DNA of 64,000 bases, from contig OZ037765.1 of the NCBI GenBank assembly GCA_964035545.1, forward strand, positions 2,046,001 through 2,110,000, written 5' to 3'. Under the pieces are notes generated by a model. It was not told the DNA's origin and searched no databases. It saw only the letters and a program-made list of their open reading frames with translations. Both the position numbers and the translations under genes were made by a program. Positions 60,001 through 64,000 of this stretch are shown in pieces (positions within the stretch are counted from its first letter, which is position 1; each line of letters begins with the position of its first letter). The stretch comes from Bugula neritina (Eukaryota > Animalia > Bryozoa).

Positions 60001-61999
60001 TTAAACAGCTTTTCTAGAAACATTGAAATGCTGAACCTATTTATAGCAACTGTATGTCTATATTTCTAGTAACTTTTTCATCTGTAGTGTTGATCTAGGT
60101 CCATAGCCTCAGTACCTGCAGTCTGTGTATTTATATAGCGGCTACAAACATGAAGTGGATCAAGGTGAAGATGAAAGAGCTGGGAGTAGAGTCTAACCCC
60201 AACTACAAAATTGCATTCTACGTGGACAGTCTGGCTATGATTACAGTACACACTCAGGTCTATGGTACTGTGGAGGTAAGGGGGGTCCTGTGATCGGCCC
60301 GCAATCATGCTGCTTACAGTACTTGACTTAAGATATTTCTCTAGTGCGTATAATTAAAGTATAGCTCAGGTTTCTCCATGATCCAATTTTTATTAAAGCT
60401 GTTGATGAAATCATGTTTATAAAAGATATATAATAACGTTATGGTGAAATAAAATTACCTAGTATGCTGTTTCATCGTGATATTTGTTTGCAATTTTAAT
60501 GTTTGTGTACGAGGTTTTTAGGCAGATAACTCCATTGACTTCTGCAGGTAAAACCTCTTGGAGTAATCTGGGGAAAATATTCTCAGTGGAGTGCTAAGAA
60601 CACGATTATGTTTGATGATATCCGACGTAACTTCATTATGAATCCTCAGTCAGGTCTTAAGGTACTGTAACATCCCTTCAAAGTACTGTAACATCCCCTT
60701 AAAGTACTGTAACATCCCCTTAAAGTACTGTAACATCCCCTTAAAGTACTGTAACATCCCCTTAAGGCTTAAAGTACTGTAACATCCCCTTAAGGCTTAA
60801 AGTACTGTAACATTCCCTTAAAATACTGTAACATCCCCTTAAAGTACTGTAGCATCCCCTTAAGGCTTAAAATACTGTAACATCCCTTTAAAGTACTGTA
60901 ACATCCCATTAAAGTACTGTAACATTTCTATCGGTTTTAGTGAATCTACGATTAGTGCTCTGCCTTTTCATCTGTCATTTGTCATAGTTTTATTCGAAAG
61001 ATTTAGTTTTACTAGAAAACTTTATTAATTAGTTTTTGATCACAGCCATTTAAATGAATTTTCATAGTTTCATTCCAGTTATGTTAAAATTTTCAACCCT
61101 AATATTTCTTGAATAGAAATTGTCTTCCTTTTCTTCTGTGAGCCATGTACAAAATACTAACTCCAAAGATGCAGCATTCATAGAGTTATCTTATTTATTT
61201 ACTCTAATCTGCTTTTACAAACAAAGTAGTATTCTATCACTTCTTTCACCTAGTATCAGTAGTAACACAGTGCTACATCGGAGTTACTCTCTCTTCTTGC
61301 TTTAGATCAGACCATTTAAGAAAGCTCACTTTACTAGAGGCTCAGACAGGGAGTTATTGCACCTCTCGCAGTACCTTAAAGATATTGCCAAGTTAGACGA
61401 CTTTACTTCTCTCAACCACAGGAAATGGGAAAGGTCAGTCAGAAATGGAATCACTATAAGTATATCTTAGTTGGTGAGCGGCTTCATCTTTTCTATAGTA
61501 AAACACATCTCTTCAAATCTACAACACCTGACGATTCTGACCACGTTAAGTTTTAATAATATCTTACCATATATGAAGTGATAAACTTTGATGGTATCTG
61601 ATAGCTTTGCCTTTGTGTTGTCACAGAACTTCTGTCATGTATAAACTAAGTTTGAACTGTTGCACCATTAGATTTATTTTCAAAAGTTGTGAAGTATAAT
61701 TTGTAGCTTAATTTAATTGTTGGTTTATAAAATTCAAGCAAAAACTGTTCTTACTTAGTTTGCTAAATTTCATGTTTATTAGCTGTATGCTTAGATACAA
61801 TTGTAAGTCTATATTGTGAAAAACCAGCTTAAAGGCTGTTTAAATGTCAAAGAAACAACCTACAGATGTTGCTTAACGTATATTTGATTTCAGACGCATC
61901 TGGAAAGCTTTTGATGTTATTTCCATGTTTTGTAGGTATAGGCCATCTAAAAGGAAAAGAGAAGAGAAACCTGAAGATCGTGATGCGGCAGCACAGTGA
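57093..61999 (+). CDS. UBLCP1: Ubiquitin-like domain-containing CTD phosphatase 1, about 340 aa. Exons 57093-57279, 58416-58504, 58765-58853, 59154-59269, 59697-59795, 60139-60275, 60548-60661, 61306-61433, 61936-61999
   Basis: N-terminal UBL (VKWSGKEY...[21 protein letters not shown]), HAD motif [33 protein letters not shown] and [21 protein letters not shown]; 1023 nt in phase. Confidence 0.95.
58320..58416 (+). repeat. 25-bp acceptor-containing array, 4 copies (UBLCP1 intron 1)
   Basis: TTACTC(T/A)ACAG|G ending at 58340, 58365, 58390 (CTG variant) and 58415 (the real acceptor). Confidence 0.88.
58583..58735 (+). repeat. Dispersed element of about 150 bp, copy 1 (UBLCP1 intron 2)
   Basis: CTTCTGTCATGTATAAACT...TTGCACCATT.GATT...TTGTGAAGTA...TAGCTTA...AACTGTTCT...TAGTTTG, colinear with 61623-61775. 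Confidence 0.8.
59257..59315 (+). repeat. 29-bp duplication of exon end plus donor (UBLCP1 exon 4)
   Basis: TACACTTTATTTG|GTAACT at 59257 and again at 59286. Confidence 0.9.
60657..60925 (+). repeat. 21-bp (some 28-bp) donor-containing array, 12 copies (UBLCP1 intron 7)
   Basis: TTAAG|GTACTGTAACATCCC followed by (TTAAAGTACTGTAACATCCCC)n. Confidence 0.96.
61623..61775 (+). repeat. Dispersed element of about 150 bp, copy 2 (UBLCP1 intron 8)
   Basis: Colinear diverged copy of 58583-58735, same orientation. Confidence 0.8.
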
Positions 62000-63270
62000 A
62001 CAAACTGTATATACTATATTAGGCTGTATATATTATTTATGATGGCGTCAATAACAGGATATAGCGTGGATTGTGGGAACCATAAGATTTATTCATATTG
62101 ACACACAAAGTTAGCATGTTTATCTTTGGTGAATCTAATGTCACTGTAGGTAACATGTGGTTCCCTCAAAGTTGATCTCCAGCTGGTTTTATATTCGGTC
62201 ACTTGTTCTTAGAAATATCATTAGTGTAGTACAGCAGTTAATTGACATATATTATACGGATACATGTAGGTGTCTATATAATGTATATGACTAAATTATT
62301 AATTTCCTTAACTATTTTGCCTATTAAATAGTTGTTGTAAATTGACTATCTTGAATAAGTCAGTCATATGCATTTTAATAAGAAACAATGAAGCGTTGCC
62401 ATAATGCTATATATTTGGTCTCTTTTTATGTATAAATAATGGCTGTTAGTTTGAAATTTATTTTTGCAAATAAATTGTCTGCAAATAAAAAATGAATATC
62501 AGTTCTAGATATAAGAATGGTAACTCTCCAACTGGTTATGATAGTTAACTTGTAACTCAAGCAGATAGTTTGCTACCAGTTGAAATAAAATATGGGTAAT
62601 AACTCAGTTACGCTGACTTAGTGATCAAAATTTACATAGCTGAAAGCTATGCAGGGACTAAACGAGACACCCAAGTCATAGGAAGAGCTCGTGAAGCAAC
62701 TGGTTTCAGTGAAGAAAGCCGTCTTTTTTGCGGCAAGAAATTGTAGAGCTTCATTGAGAATGAATTAGCAGGCGACAGCAGACTTCTCAAGTCTCTTGGA
62801 GCTAGAATCAAGAACCAGCGCCAGGCACGCAACCTCCTAAGCTGAGAAAAATTAAAACTATCAAACTGTTAATAATTTTGATGAAAGGTAGTCAATCACT
62901 AGAATGTTTACCACCTGTTGGAGTAATGTCACAATGTTACAATACATATTACGTTTTACATTATTATAACTCAACCGAAGGTATAGATAGAGGACAAATA
63001 AAGCAAAGACTGTGTTACATTTTAGTAAAATTTTATTTAGGAATATGGATAAAATTTGATTTACAAAGAATGGAATAATATATATTCTTCCCATTTACAA
63101 ATCATGTACTGTATATAATATATTACAGTCACCAATATAAAGGCTCATGTATATAACAGGTTTCTACTATACATTTTATAATAATACAAATGATGTTATC
63201 ATTAAGTTCATAATACAAGGGAAGTCCCACAGATCTGGGGCTGTAGCTGTTCTACACCTTCAGTGGTTGT

Positions 63271-63849
63271 CTACTCATTAGACTTGCCTTTCTTTTTCTT
63301 CTTTTTAGGAGCTTCCTCTGCAATGCTGTCGTCAGCCGCTGGCTCTACTAAACAATCAATACCACTGCAGTGTGCCCAGACAAAATGGCAGCTGTTCACA
63401 GACACACCGAAATGCTTTAGCAGCAGAATAGCATTTCTATCATCTGACAAACTTCACTATATTCTCTGACATTGAATGCATCATTTATTCAGAATATAAG
63501 AGCAATAGTTGAACAACAAAATAAAAATAGTTGAATTTATTTGTGTTGTAAGAAGCACAGCATTTCATCAAAGTCTCAACACATTCAGCAAGCTTACTTG
63601 AGGCTTACACTGACATCAAACAGACGTACAGATTCTACACTAACACCTACCATTCTCCACGTCCTCAACTTCTGCTTTCCGTTTCTTCTTTTTCTTCTTC
63701 TCCACATCGCCGTTGACCAGCTCCTCTCCCTGAGACTCTGCTGTTATTGCTGCCTCTTTGACTGCCGCAGCTTCATCTTCCGCCAGTCGCTTCTCCTTCT
63801 TTTTCTTCTTCTTGGCTTTCTTAGCCAACTGAGCTTGTACAATTGATGC
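63271..63849 (-). CDS. NOP56: Last two coding exons (63849-63651, 63347-63271) of a nucleolar protein with a K/E-rich tail, most likely NOP56; the gene continues beyond the window
   Basis: ASIVQAQLAKKAKKKKKKEKRLAE...KKKKKKRKAE...EEAPKKKKKKGKSNE*. The KKKEKRLA segment resembles the start of the NOP56 tail; only low-complexity sequence is visible, so NOP58 or dyskerin cannot be excluded. Confidence 0.62.
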
Positions 63850-63859
63850 CTAGAAACAG

Positions 63860-64000
63860 ACCACGTTACCACTATACCACCTGACTATACCATGTAACCA
63901 CCATACCACCTGACTATAACATGTTACCACTATACCATTTAACTATACCATGTTACCACTATACCACCTGACTATACCATGTTACCACTATACCATCTGA
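63860..64000. repeat. Tandem array of about 29 bp (5 or more copies, runs off the window) ending about 9 nt from the NOP56-like acceptor
   Basis: (ACCATGTTACCACTATACCACCTGACTAT)n. Confidence 0.93.

Overview
AT-rich, intron-rich animal (invertebrate) genomic DNA; the species cannot be determined from the sequence. The ORF track is mostly exon fragments and noise, so I assembled genes by hand from GT-AG sites and checked reading phase across exons. From left to right: a tandem cluster of four SLC16/monocarboxylate-transporter (MCT) family genes (one 5'-truncated on +, three complete on -, two of them patchily near-identical), a 14-exon TOPORS-like RING E3 ligase (-), BBIP1 (+), UBLCP1 (+) and the last two coding exons of a probable NOP56 (-). 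Non-coding features are tRNA-derived elements, a second SINE-like family, a MITE-like hairpin, a degraded Gypsy-like RT remnant, several perfect palindromes and many minisatellites. The most striking pattern is that many unrelated tandem repeats are anchored on exon-intron junctions. In about nine cases the repeat unit contains the splice donor or acceptor itself and runs into the intron, giving arrays of up to about 13 duplicate splice sites; about five more arrays start within roughly 20 nt of a junction. A second pattern is a degenerate 6-bp periodicity (TAATAG/TAATAC/TAAAAG-like) in promoter-proximal sequence of several genes.
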